The notes beneath the pieces are model-generated. The model searched no databases and was not told the origin of the DNA. It saw only the letters and a list, made by a program, of their open reading frames with translations. DNA of 64,000 nt, from contig OZ253943.1 of the NCBI GenBank assembly GCA_965267325.1, positions 2,322,627 through 2,386,626 on the forward strand, read 5' to 3'. Positions 9,244 to 18,013 of this stretch are shown here, piece by piece (the first letter of the stretch is position 1; the number at the start of each line of letters is the position of its first letter). The DNA is from Hyphococcus sp. GTDB lineage: Bacteria > Pseudomonadota > Alphaproteobacteria > Caulobacterales > Parvularculaceae. The position numbers and the translations under genes were made by a program.

Positions 9244-10284
9244 ATGAATCCGAGAGAGAATATGGTGGTGAATTCTTGCATTCGCTTCGCGCTCGCGGGT
9301 CTCATGCTTTCTTTCGGAGGCTGCGCATCACAAACCGTAGCGCAAGCAGCCGCGCCAGATTGTTTGGCCGAAGAACTGTTTTCGTCCGCCAGCGCCGACT
9401 CCGTCTCCGGCAATTGGGACCGAGCAATAGAAACCCTGGAGCTGTCGGTTTCGCCGCCCCAGCTTGAATGCGCTTCGGTGGAACACCAGATTCGCGCAGA
9501 AATCTTGCTTGGCGATCTCATCTGGAAGCGCGGCGACTTCGAGAAGGGCGAAGCGATCCTTTTGTCGGCGCGCCGTCGCGCCGAGGAGACGCGCTCGTCT
9601 GGCCTTTTGGCTGAAGCCCAAGCATCTATCGCCGAGATCGCATTCGCGCGGGCGCATCTCAAGCGTTCTATTGAACCAGGTGCATCACGCGCCGCCTATC
9701 AATTGGCGCTCGAAAATGCTCGTGACGCCGGCCGGGAGGATCTTGTCGCCGGCGCGCTTGGTCGGCTGGGCGTGATCGACGAAAGGGCGGGCGATTTGCA
9801 AGCGGCGGAAGACCTTTACCGGCAAGCAATGGCGATTGCAGAGAATGCCGGCGCCGTTGACAAGTTGCACCTGCCTTACGCGCATTTGGGCGGTTTAAGC
9901 GAAGATCGCGGCGAGACGGAAATGGCGCGTCATTACTTTGCATTGGCGCTGGATGTCGCCGCCCAATCGTCGAAGCGCGAACATATGGTGTTTGCGTTGA
10001 TCAATCAGGCGCGGTTCGCGCAGCGCGCAGAACTGATTTCAGTTGATGAGGCGCTCAGTCAAATTAACCGCGCCCATGAAATTGCGATGGATACAGGCAA
10101 CAAGATCGCTCTGTGCCTGACCCATCTAAACTTAGCTTCCATGCATGCAAGGAACGGCGATACGGAAACCGCCATGAAAAATGCGCAAGCGGCCATGGAT
10201 ATGGCGCAGGCGTACGATTTTGTCGCCTACGAGGATTTTGCAAATTTGGTTATGCGCCGCATCGAAAGCGCAGATTCCAGATAA
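9244..10284 (+). CDS. TPR-repeat protein, probable lipoprotein
   Basis: LMLSFGGC lipobox-like motif; repeated A-x-x-x-LG...G-x-x-x-x-A-x-x-x-Y-x-x-AL helical repeats. Confidence 0.75.
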   Translation: MNPRENMVVNSCIRFALAGLMLSFGGCASQTVAQAAAPDCLAEELFSSASADSVSGNWDRAIETLELSVSPPQLECASVEHQIRAEILLGDLIWKRGDFEKGEAILLSARRRAEETRSSGLLAEAQASIAEIAFARAHLKRSIEPGASRAAYQLALENARDAGREDLVAGALGRLGVIDERAGDLQAAEDLYRQAMAIAENAGAVDKLHLPYAHLGGLSEDRGETEMARHYFALALDVAAQSSKREHMVFALINQARFAQRAELISVDEALSQINRAHEIAMDTGNKIALCLTHLNLASMHARNGDTETAMKNAQAAMDMAQAYDFVAYEDFANLVMRRIESADSR

Positions 10285-10544
10285 TGAGACGGTATTTTAT
10301 CTGGGTTATTGTCCCGCAAGTTGTTTTATTGGCGCCGCTCATAGCAACGCAGCACACGGACGCGGTCTATTGGGAGCCGGGCGACTTTGTTGTTGCAGCC
10401 GCCCTTTTAGCGACGGCGGGATTGGGAGCGGCAATTGCAAGCGAAAAATCAAACCGAACGATGCTCCGAATAATGTTCGGTTTGGTCATTATTGCAGCTG
10501 CGGCGCTAATTTGGATGCAGTTGGCGGTCGGTATTTTCGAGTGA
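10284..10544 (+). CDS. Small 3-TM hypothetical membrane protein
   Basis: TAATG stop/start overlap with the TPR gene; hydrophobic 86 aa. Confidence 0.7.
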   Translation: MRRYFIWVIVPQVVLLAPLIATQHTDAVYWEPGDFVVAAALLATAGLGAAIASEKSNRTMLRIMFGLVIIAAAALIWMQLAVGIFE

Positions 10545-10594
10545 ACACCGCCGACGACCAGGCCCCTGTCACCTGTGTTGGGCCGATCGTGACG

Positions 10595-10933
10595 TTAGTG
10601 TTCGCTGGTCTTCAGGAACTCAACACCGCTCTCATATTTGTTTTGCCAGGCGAGTCGCACGCGGGTCGGCGCCGCATAACCATCGATTACCAGCGTGAAC
10701 TCGTCCGGAAGCGCTTCATCGGTTGGTGTTGATAGTGCGGCCCCATTTGCGCTGATGTCCTGGACGAGACATTTTCTCTCAGCGCCTTCGTCCGTGAAGA
10801 TCAACCCAAACATATTCGTTGGCACACGCTCGACTGTCCGCAGCGGAGGCGGGACGAGGTCGAAGTCCTGAGGCGGCAGCAGCTTCGCAGCCTGCAGACG
10901 ATCCTCAATGTTGTTCAGTATCATTTTTCCCAT
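10595..10933 (-). CDS. Stand-alone PilZ-domain protein (putative c-di-GMP binder)
   Basis: R-x-x-x-R-like motif (RTVER), CLVQDISANGAAL (D-x-S-x-x-G) and GVEF. Confidence 0.8.
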   Translation of the reverse strand: MGKMILNNIEDRLQAAKLLPPQDFDLVPPPLRTVERVPTNMFGLIFTDEGAERKCLVQDISANGAALSTPTDEALPDEFTLVIDGYAAPTRVRLAWQNKYESGVEFLKTSEH

Positions 10934-11037
10934 AACGCGGCTAAATTACCGCAACACCCTGAACATTCCATTAAGGTTAAGGAAATGGCCTTGAAGCGGG
11001 TTGCTCCGTCAGTGGTTAAATACAAGGCGCGCTGGTT

Positions 11038-12198
11038 TTAATTGTTGTGGGTCGAGTGAAATAGGCGATCTCCCAAGCGACCACTTAAGACGGCGCCGAC
11101 CACCGTTCCGCTTACAAAAAATCGGTAAACTAGAACTCCCAACATTGTCGTCAAAATCGTTACTATCGCGAACTTTGCCCAGACGAAAATAGGCGCTTCG
11201 GCGATCAACGCCTGAAGAAATACAACAATGGGCAGGTGAATCAAATAGAGCCAGTATGATGCGTCAGCGATATACCGAACTTTCGGGTTTTCGATATTCA
11301 AGAACTGCCGGCCGAATGAAAGCGCCAGATAAACAAACAACGACGATGCAATTGCTCCTGCGAAACTGAGCTGCAAACGTTGGGTGGGCGCCAGCTCGGT
11401 CGGCGGAAATTCGTATTCTGGCAACGAATAATAGTAGAAACCAAACACAGCGGTTGCAGCAACGATTGCCTTTGTTCGGTTTGCGTCAATCCGATCCAGC
11501 GCCGCCTCGTTGCCAAATAAGAGCCATCCTAGTGCAAAAAAGACACCGAAATATCCAAACGGCCACAACTCGGGAATAATTCCGTCCGGTGACGGAATAG
11601 GGTGCCCAGCAGAAATGAGCGCCGGTGCAATCAATGCTGGCATTAAAATGAACATCCATCCGCTTGACACCAGTGCGTTGAGCCGGTTAACGATTTTGCG
11701 ATTGCGCAGGTTATGGAGAAGCGCTGCGACGCCACAGAAAAACAAAAGATAGTATAGAAACCAAAGGTGCAGTGTACCAACTTCGCTCAGGCTGCCGGAT
11801 TGCTTGGCCCCTTGTTCCTGTAAATATTGGAGAAGCGGCGGCGTTTCGTTCAGGTAGTTTAGGGCGAACAGCAATACTCCGAATGAGGCAACGGCGAGTA
11901 TCGGCCAGAAAATGATGAAGGGAAGAAAAAGGCGGGAAACTCTATTTTTGAGAAACTGCGTTGTTCCGCGCCGATCAATTATCAGCCTCGAAAAATATCC
12001 GGACACGAAAAAAAAGAGTGGCATTCGAAAAGAGTGCAGAAACACCGCAGCAAAATTTAGGATAGCCGACGAGCCCTGATCGCGGACAAACCAGAAATCC
12101 TGAATTGGCGACGCATAAGCGAGCATGCCATGAAAAGCGATACCCAAAAGCATCGCGCCCGCCCGCAAATGATCCATATAATGTAGGCGGTTGATCAT
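11038..12198 (-). CDS. Acyltransferase family 3 (OpgC/MdoC-like)
   Basis: R-x-HYMDHLRA, H-x-FRMPLFFFVSGYF, HLWFLYYL and ASYWLYLIHLP motifs; about 10 TM helices. Confidence 0.88.
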   Translation of the reverse strand: MINRLHYMDHLRAGAMLLGIAFHGMLAYASPIQDFWFVRDQGSSAILNFAAVFLHSFRMPLFFFVSGYFSRLIIDRRGTTQFLKNRVSRLFLPFIIFWPILAVASFGVLLFALNYLNETPPLLQYLQEQGAKQSGSLSEVGTLHLWFLYYLLFFCGVAALLHNLRNRKIVNRLNALVSSGWMFILMPALIAPALISAGHPIPSPDGIIPELWPFGYFGVFFALGWLLFGNEAALDRIDANRTKAIVAATAVFGFYYYSLPEYEFPPTELAPTQRLQLSFAGAIASSLFVYLALSFGRQFLNIENPKVRYIADASYWLYLIHLPIVVFLQALIAEAPIFVWAKFAIVTILTTMLGVLVYRFFVSGTVVGAVLSGRLGDRLFHSTHNN

Positions 12199-12291
12199 CA
12201 ACAATTTACTGCGCAAGCTACCGGTAGGTATTTTTAACGCACAAGCGGATTGGCGCAACCGGATCGAATTTCAAGATGCCGGAATTCTCGC

Positions 12292-12361
12292 AAGTTTCCG
12301 TTTTTGGCCAGAAGCCGTTGTCTAATCCTGAATGTCCGCTTTGGGCAGAAAATCGGCATCG
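12292..12361. repeat. Palindromic repeat family, tandem copies 7a and 7b
   Basis: AAGTTTCCGTTTTTGGCCAGAAGCCGTTGTC (12292-12322) and GAATGTCCGCTTTGGGCAGAAAATCGGCATCG (12330-12361). Confidence 0.6.
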
Positions 12362-12400
12362 ACAAATTGCGCGACCGACTACGTGTTTGCGAATGGCTGA

Positions 12401-14125
12401 CTATTCAGCTGCAGTCTGGAATAAGATCATTACCTTGTCCGTTTCGTCTGCTGTCAGAAACCTAGAAAGCTCCGCTCGGCATTCGTCCGGTCGGACCTCA
12501 AGCTGATCAACCTCATCGCGCCATGTGTATCGCTTTGCAGGTGCTAAAGCCCCAGCGTCGCGCGCAAGCGCGTCTGCTTTGACCCATGAATTTAAGCGTC
12601 GCGGGATTCTGGCTCGTACTTCTCGAGCAGTCGTAGCGCTTACAACAAAAATTTCGTCCGTGTTTCGCATTTTAAACTTATAGTGAAGAAAAATACTCTG
12701 CTCATCTTCATCGCCTGTCATTCGACAAACTAGGTCAATTTCGTCAATCTCTGAATATTCGGCCTCAATGACTTCTGTCGATAGATAGTTTCGATATGTA
12801 ATGCCGTCTTCTGTTATCATTTCAAAATCTGCGCGATCAGCAATAAGGCAAACGATCGCAATACCGGCGAACGCAATCGTGATGTTTAGAGTTAAACGAA
12901 ATATCTTTCGAGCGCCGTGCCTTAAATAGGCTGCCGGGTCAAAATCTTCGCCCGGCTTGAGGTCGCCGCGTCGAATGTCAACCGCAATTTGCCGGCGAAG
13001 CAATTGCGCAGGGCTGTCACCGCGCATGCTCTGCTGCGCATTTGTCGCAAATGATAGAACAGCCAATTTCTCAGAGAATAAAGGCGCGGCCGTCGCCAAG
13101 AGGCAATACGCCGCAAATGCTGTGATAAATACAAATACTTCAGTACCGCCAGGGCCGTCATTGTAAATGTACCAGCCGTCTTGAGGCGTTCGAATCGGCT
13201 CGAACAACGACGATGCGAGACCATTGTCGCCCACAAAAAATAGGAATGGTATTAGAAGTAGGAATCCGAAAGGCCAGACAAACACAATCCAGCGCACGCT
13301 GGACGTGTTGGTGCTTTCTGCAAAGTCCTCTACGCTGGTCGCATATGTCTCGATAGCCTCGACTTCGTCGACTGATAGCTGTCGATCGAAGTCACCGCGC
13401 CGGCCACGCCTGAACTTGACCCACAAACCGGCGAGAACACCAAAAATCGGGTAGAGAACAGCAAGAACGAGGATTGGCACCGCCAATTCCAGAAGTTGCC
13501 ATTGATCCAAGCGCTCGATAACTCGAACGAATATTTCCCATCCATAAAACTGATCATCAATCAATGCGGCGCGCACGGTGACCGCGTAAATGGTTCCAAT
13601 TAGGAGCGCTGCAATGAGAATCGTGAGATATGTTATTATACTTATCGTTTGACGCAGATAGGCCTTAACGGTGTCCCAAAACCCTTCGGCGGACTGCGTA
13701 ACAACATCGGTTTCCCCATCGCTACCCGGATTCAAGTGTTCGTTCGCATTCCCGCCAAGCCCAAGAAACGCCAGCAACGCCGGGACCGCAAAGGCGAAAA
13801 TCCAAAGCTTTTCGCCGCCTGCGCGCACCGCCTCGAATGCGAGATAGCCGTTCACGCTGATCACCGCTATCGGTGCGATTGCCAAAATCACCATGCCAAT
13901 TCGTGTCAACGCGCCTTGGCCTTGGTGTTGCGACGGCGATGTTAAAGCGCGGCGCCGCCGCAGATGCGCACAGACCAAGAGCCCCAGCGCCGTAAGGGTG
14001 CAATGAACGACGAACGCTTCAGCAGTGACGGCCGTCGGGCTCCCTGGCCAGCGCACACCGCCAATCACGGCGACGATTGCGCCAATTAAACCAGCAATAC
14101 CGATCCGCAGAGCGACACGCCCCAT
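12401..14125 (-). CDS. Large multi-TM hypothetical protein
   Basis: 574-aa ORF with about 9-10 hydrophobic segments and a soluble C-terminal domain; AT-richer codon use. Confidence 0.75.
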   Translation of the reverse strand: MGRVALRIGIAGLIGAIVAVIGGVRWPGSPTAVTAEAFVVHCTLTALGLLVCAHLRRRRALTSPSQHQGQGALTRIGMVILAIAPIAVISVNGYLAFEAVRAGGEKLWIFAFAVPALLAFLGLGGNANEHLNPGSDGETDVVTQSAEGFWDTVKAYLRQTISIITYLTILIAALLIGTIYAVTVRAALIDDQFYGWEIFVRVIERLDQWQLLELAVPILVLAVLYPIFGVLAGLWVKFRRGRRGDFDRQLSVDEVEAIETYATSVEDFAESTNTSSVRWIVFVWPFGFLLLIPFLFFVGDNGLASSLFEPIRTPQDGWYIYNDGPGGTEVFVFITAFAAYCLLATAAPLFSEKLAVLSFATNAQQSMRGDSPAQLLRRQIAVDIRRGDLKPGEDFDPAAYLRHGARKIFRLTLNITIAFAGIAIVCLIADRADFEMITEDGITYRNYLSTEVIEAEYSEIDEIDLVCRMTGDEDEQSIFLHYKFKMRNTDEIFVVSATTAREVRARIPRRLNSWVKADALARDAGALAPAKRYTWRDEVDQLEVRPDECRAELSRFLTADETDKVMILFQTAAE

Positions 14126-14439
14126 ATCAAAGGGGCTCGGATTTTCCCCGTCATGGTTGCGTTTTGGCTCATCTAAATGATCACGCGTATCTATTTTCGA
14201 TCGCCCCTAAATTGCCCGTAAATTACCTTTTCCCAAAGGTCCGGCACTGCGATCATTCCGTCAATGCCCTGGCTAAACTGAACTCTTTCACGATTGCGAA
14301 CAGTATATCCACCATGGGTGAGAGCGCGTCGCTTGGGCGAGCAACCCTCTTGAATGGAGAAAATGACCGTTAATCGCCAAAAGCGAACTCATCACGCGCG
14401 CGATCTGCAAGCCTTTGGAAAGTATCGGGGACCGCGCCC

Positions 14440-15741
14440 CTATTCAGCCGCCATTTTGACGCCGGCGCCTTTGGCTGCTTCGCGTTCTTCGTGCGCGATG
14501 AACTTGGCGAGTTTGGGCTGGATTTCCGAGCGCCAGCGCGAACCATTAAAGACGCCATAGTGGCCGACGCCGGGCTGGATATAGTCAATCTTCATCGAGT
14601 CCGGAATGTTCGCACACAGATCATGAGCGGCCTGGGTTTGACCGATGCCGGAAATGTCGTCCTTTTCGCCCTCGACCGTCATCAGGGCGATGTCAGTGAT
14701 GGCTTCAGGCTTTACGCGTCGTCCGCGATGCATGAACTTGCCGTCGGCGAGGGAATGTTCCTGAAAGACTTCACGGATGGTCTGGAGATAAAACTCCTCG
14801 GTCATATCCATGACGGAAAGATATTCGTCGTAAAACGACCGGTGCTTTTCCGCAGAGTCCCCGTCGCCTTCGACGAGATGCTGGAAGTAATCGTAATGGG
14901 CGTTCAAGTGCCGGCTCGAATTCATGGCGAGAAACGAATAGAGCTGGACAAAACCCGGATAGACCCGGCGCAACGCGCCCGCATAAGGCGCCGGCACCGA
15001 ATAAATCATGTTGTTTTGAAACCACTCGTAGGGGCGTTCCTGGCTGAGCTGGTTCGGCACGGTCGGCGAACGGCGCGTATCGATGGGCGAGCCCATAAGC
15101 GTGATCGAAGCCGGGCGGAAAATGTCTTCGTCCTCAGCCATGATCGCAGCGGCGGCAAGCAACGCAGGGCCCGGCTGACAGACAGCCACGGCGTGGGCGC
15201 GGCCCGTAGCGCTATCGGCGCCGATGACGCCCAGGAAATCAATGAGGTAATCAACATACTCATTGAGATCGAAGCGGCCGGCGGAAATCGGCACGTCGCG
15301 GGCGTCAATCCAGTCGGTGATGTAAACATCGTGGCCGGGCAGCATCGCCTCAACCGTACCGCGCAAGAGCGTCGCATAGTGGCCGGACATAGGCGCGACG
15401 ATCAGGACTTTCGGGTCAGGCGCATTGTCGAGTTTGGTTTTTTTCAAAACCGCCGGGTCGCGCTTGAAGTGAACGAGCTTGCAAAAGCTCTTTGCGTCGG
15501 CGACCTCGATGGTGATCGGTATCTCAACGCCGTTCACATGGGTCGCATCAATGCCCCAGTCAGGCTTCGGATAGCGGCGCATGGCGTTTTCAAAAAGATC
15601 GAGCGCCGCGGCTGTCGATCGAGCCGCCCAGCTACGGGATGCAGGATTGAAGGGCGAACGCCAGAACTGGGCGCCGAGCCGGGCCGCGTAGCGCGCCGGC
15701 GTCGCCGCCGCGTAAGCGAGTTCGTAAGCCGAATACAACAT
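14440..15741 (-). CDS. phaZ: Intracellular polyhydroxyalkanoate depolymerase
   Basis: APMSGHYATLLR, VYITDW-x-DAR, catalytic AVCQP, EGEKDDISG and GHYGVFNG motifs. Confidence 0.93.
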   Translation of the reverse strand: MLYSAYELAYAAATPARYAARLGAQFWRSPFNPASRSWAARSTAAALDLFENAMRRYPKPDWGIDATHVNGVEIPITIEVADAKSFCKLVHFKRDPAVLKKTKLDNAPDPKVLIVAPMSGHYATLLRGTVEAMLPGHDVYITDWIDARDVPISAGRFDLNEYVDYLIDFLGVIGADSATGRAHAVAVCQPGPALLAAAAIMAEDEDIFRPASITLMGSPIDTRRSPTVPNQLSQERPYEWFQNNMIYSVPAPYAGALRRVYPGFVQLYSFLAMNSSRHLNAHYDYFQHLVEGDGDSAEKHRSFYDEYLSVMDMTEEFYLQTIREVFQEHSLADGKFMHRGRRVKPEAITDIALMTVEGEKDDISGIGQTQAAHDLCANIPDSMKIDYIQPGVGHYGVFNGSRWRSEIQPKLAKFIAHEEREAAKGAGVKMAAE

Positions 15742-15922
15742 GAAGTAACGCCGCCCCTACTACGCAAACTGTGCCATTGTGCAGTGCACAATATAGGCCG
15801 TTTTTCCTAATTTTCCAGCGACTATGAGACGGTTCTTCCTCGCAAATCAACGATTTCTCACAGAAATGTAACAGTTTTTGCGAGATTTCCCCAGGATCGG
15901 AACCCGTCGCTCGGAGGCGGGA

Positions 15923-16516
15923 TTAGCCCTCTTTCAGCGACTGGCGCAGGAGGGCGGCCAGTTCCTGCGGTCCAACCCCGCCAGTGACCGCATGGGTCGG
16001 CTGTCCATTACGGTCGGCGACGTAAAAGAACCGGCCGTGATCGACCGTATATTCAAGAGCGCTGTCGGGCAGCGGCGTTTTCTTGGCATATTGCTTAAAG
16101 CTGGTGCGCGCAGCCAGCGCCGCCTCGACCGATCCGGTAAGCGGAATGATGCGTTCGTCAAAAGCAAAATAATCGGAAAGCGCTTGAGGCGTATCCCGTT
16201 CGGGATCCACTGAAATAAAGATCGGCGCGACCTCGCCCACATCCTCGCCCAGTTCGTTGAGCGCCGCGCTCATCACGCCAACATCGCCGGGGCAGACGTC
16301 TGGGCAATGGGTGAAACCGAAATAGACAAGCATCACCTTGCCTTCAAAATCTTCGTCCGTGCGGGCGGCGCCGGTTTTGTCGATAAGATCGAAATCGCCG
16401 GTGAATTGTTCGGACAGGCGAATGACCCCGTCCCTCGGAATGACGCCTGTGGGTTCGTCATTGGAACAGGCCGCAAGCAAGAGGCATGAGAACAGAGAAA
16501 GGAGCGCGCGTTTCAT
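15923..16516 (-). CDS. senC: SCO1/SenC copper chaperone
   Basis: YFGFTHCPDVCP (C-x-x-x-C), SVDPERDT, YTVDHG; lipobox LLAAC. Confidence 0.92.
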   Translation of the reverse strand: MKRALLSLFSCLLLAACSNDEPTGVIPRDGVIRLSEQFTGDFDLIDKTGAARTDEDFEGKVMLVYFGFTHCPDVCPGDVGVMSAALNELGEDVGEVAPIFISVDPERDTPQALSDYFAFDERIIPLTGSVEAALAARTSFKQYAKKTPLPDSALEYTVDHGRFFYVADRNGQPTHAVTGGVGPQELAALLRQSLKEG

Positions 16517-16595
16517 GCCGCTCTCATACCCTATGGGGAGACCCTCTGTCAGGCGCGGCAGTGTCGCGGGGCGCGCGAAACCGGCTCTCGTCCGT

Positions 16596-17999
16596 CTAGA
16601 CGAAAGGCGGCGCTAATGCGGTGAAGTTCGAAAGGTTTGGCAGCGCCGCATTGATCTCCGCGTCATTAAGCCCGAACCAGCGGCCCAGGGGCTCGGCGAA
16701 CTGCTCGACCGATGTTGACGGGATCAGGCGCCCGCCCCCGGCATCCAGATTATGATCGAAGACCGATTCAGGAATATCGCCATAAATGGTGCGGCCGGCG
16801 ACGGCGCCGCCGACAACAAAATGATGCGCGCCCCAGCCGTGATCTGTGCCGTCCCCATTGATCGCGAGCGTGCGGCCGAAATCGGAAGCCGTGAACAGCG
16901 TGACGTCATTCTGCAGCCCCAACTCCTGCATGGCGGCGTGAAAGGCGACGACCGCGCCGTCGATTTCCTGTTGCAGACCCGGCAGGTCGGCGGCCTGGGC
17001 CGAATGGGTGTCGAAACCGCCAATGGCGGCGAAAAACACCTGACGGTTGACGCTCAATATGTCGCGTACGGAAATAGCCTCAGCGATGGTGCGCAGTTGC
17101 GTGCCAAGGAAATTCTGCGGAAACGTCGTCACCAGCGGCACGGCGTTATCAACAGCGCTGTTATAGGTTTCGTTCGTCGTAAGCGAGTTGCCGATGGCGG
17201 CGGCCATGTCGCTTTCGATGAGGTTCGTATCGCTGTGATTGATCGCACCGAAATGATCGCGCAACGCCTCAAACGTCGGTTGGTTGCTCTGGAAAAAATT
17301 CAGAACGTCAATGCCGGAAACGCCGCCGGTAGAAACCTGGTAGGGCGTTGCTTGCGTGCCGGTCAGAAAAAGTTCGTTGCCGAGCGTCGTGATCGTCGTA
17401 AAGGGAGCGCCCGGGCCCGGCGCGCCGCCGATCACGGCGTCCGCGAACAATCCGCCCCAGCCGAAAGAGGCGCCCTCTGGCGCGCTCGACATCCAGGTCG
17501 ATTGCTGGTCGTTGTGAGAAAAGAGCCGTTTGGGCGTTTCGACCGTATCCGCCTCCCACTCGGTGCGGGTAAGCGGAAAAATCAGCGGGCCGACATTGCC
17601 GACGATGGCGGCGTCCCCTGACTGAAAGAGCCCGTGAACGCCGGTCAGTTCTTCAGGCAGCGCAAACTCGCGTCCGCCAAAGTCAGCGGCATTGTCCGGC
17701 GTCAATGGCAACAACCGTGCGCGATCGCGGGAAGAGCCTCCCGGTTGGCCGGCGTAAAGATCGAGCAGCGGCGTGCGGATTGCGGCGTAATTATCATAAG
17801 ACGGCTGATCGTAAGGCAGCACTGTGTCGTGGCAATCAAGACCGCCGAGAAGAAAGAGACAGACCAGCGCCTTGTAGCCCGAAGTATCTGCTGCGTGCGC
17901 CTGAAAACCGGAAAGAGCTGAGGTCACGCCGCCGATCGATGCTGCACTGATTGCAGCGGCGCCGGCGCCTTGCAGGAAATGACGTCTCGTTGAAATCAT
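16596..17999 (-). CDS. DUF1501 family protein, Tat-exported
   Basis: Twin-arginine signal TRRHFL; YKALVC-x-FL-x-GG-x-D, LFSHNDQQ, GGFDTH, SDFGRTL and GTDHGWG motifs. Confidence 0.88.
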   Translation of the reverse strand: MISTRRHFLQGAGAAAISAASIGGVTSALSGFQAHAADTSGYKALVCLFLLGGLDCHDTVLPYDQPSYDNYAAIRTPLLDLYAGQPGGSSRDRARLLPLTPDNAADFGGREFALPEELTGVHGLFQSGDAAIVGNVGPLIFPLTRTEWEADTVETPKRLFSHNDQQSTWMSSAPEGASFGWGGLFADAVIGGAPGPGAPFTTITTLGNELFLTGTQATPYQVSTGGVSGIDVLNFFQSNQPTFEALRDHFGAINHSDTNLIESDMAAAIGNSLTTNETYNSAVDNAVPLVTTFPQNFLGTQLRTIAEAISVRDILSVNRQVFFAAIGGFDTHSAQAADLPGLQQEIDGAVVAFHAAMQELGLQNDVTLFTASDFGRTLAINGDGTDHGWGAHHFVVGGAVAGRTIYGDIPESVFDHNLDAGGGRLIPSTSVEQFAEPLGRWFGLNDAEINAALPNLSNFTALAPPFV

Positions 18000-18013
18000 C
18001 GTTGCGCCCTTTC

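Noticed and set aside
1337-12361. CRISPR array or integron attC interpretation of the palindromes
   Set aside because: Spacing is gene-sized and irregular, copies are divergent, there are no cas or intI genes, and attC GTTRRRY/RYYYAAC boxes are absent
14161-14270. Possible eighth palindromic repeat copy (minus-strand GGAATGATCGCAGTG)
   Set aside because: Only a partial left-arm match; not distinguishable from chance by eye
14491-15810. 439-aa plus-strand ORF
   Set aside because: Antisense shadow of phaZ; no motifs; typical of high-GC codon bias
16752-17621. 289-aa plus-strand ORF
   Set aside because: Antisense to DUF1501, which has clear family motifs
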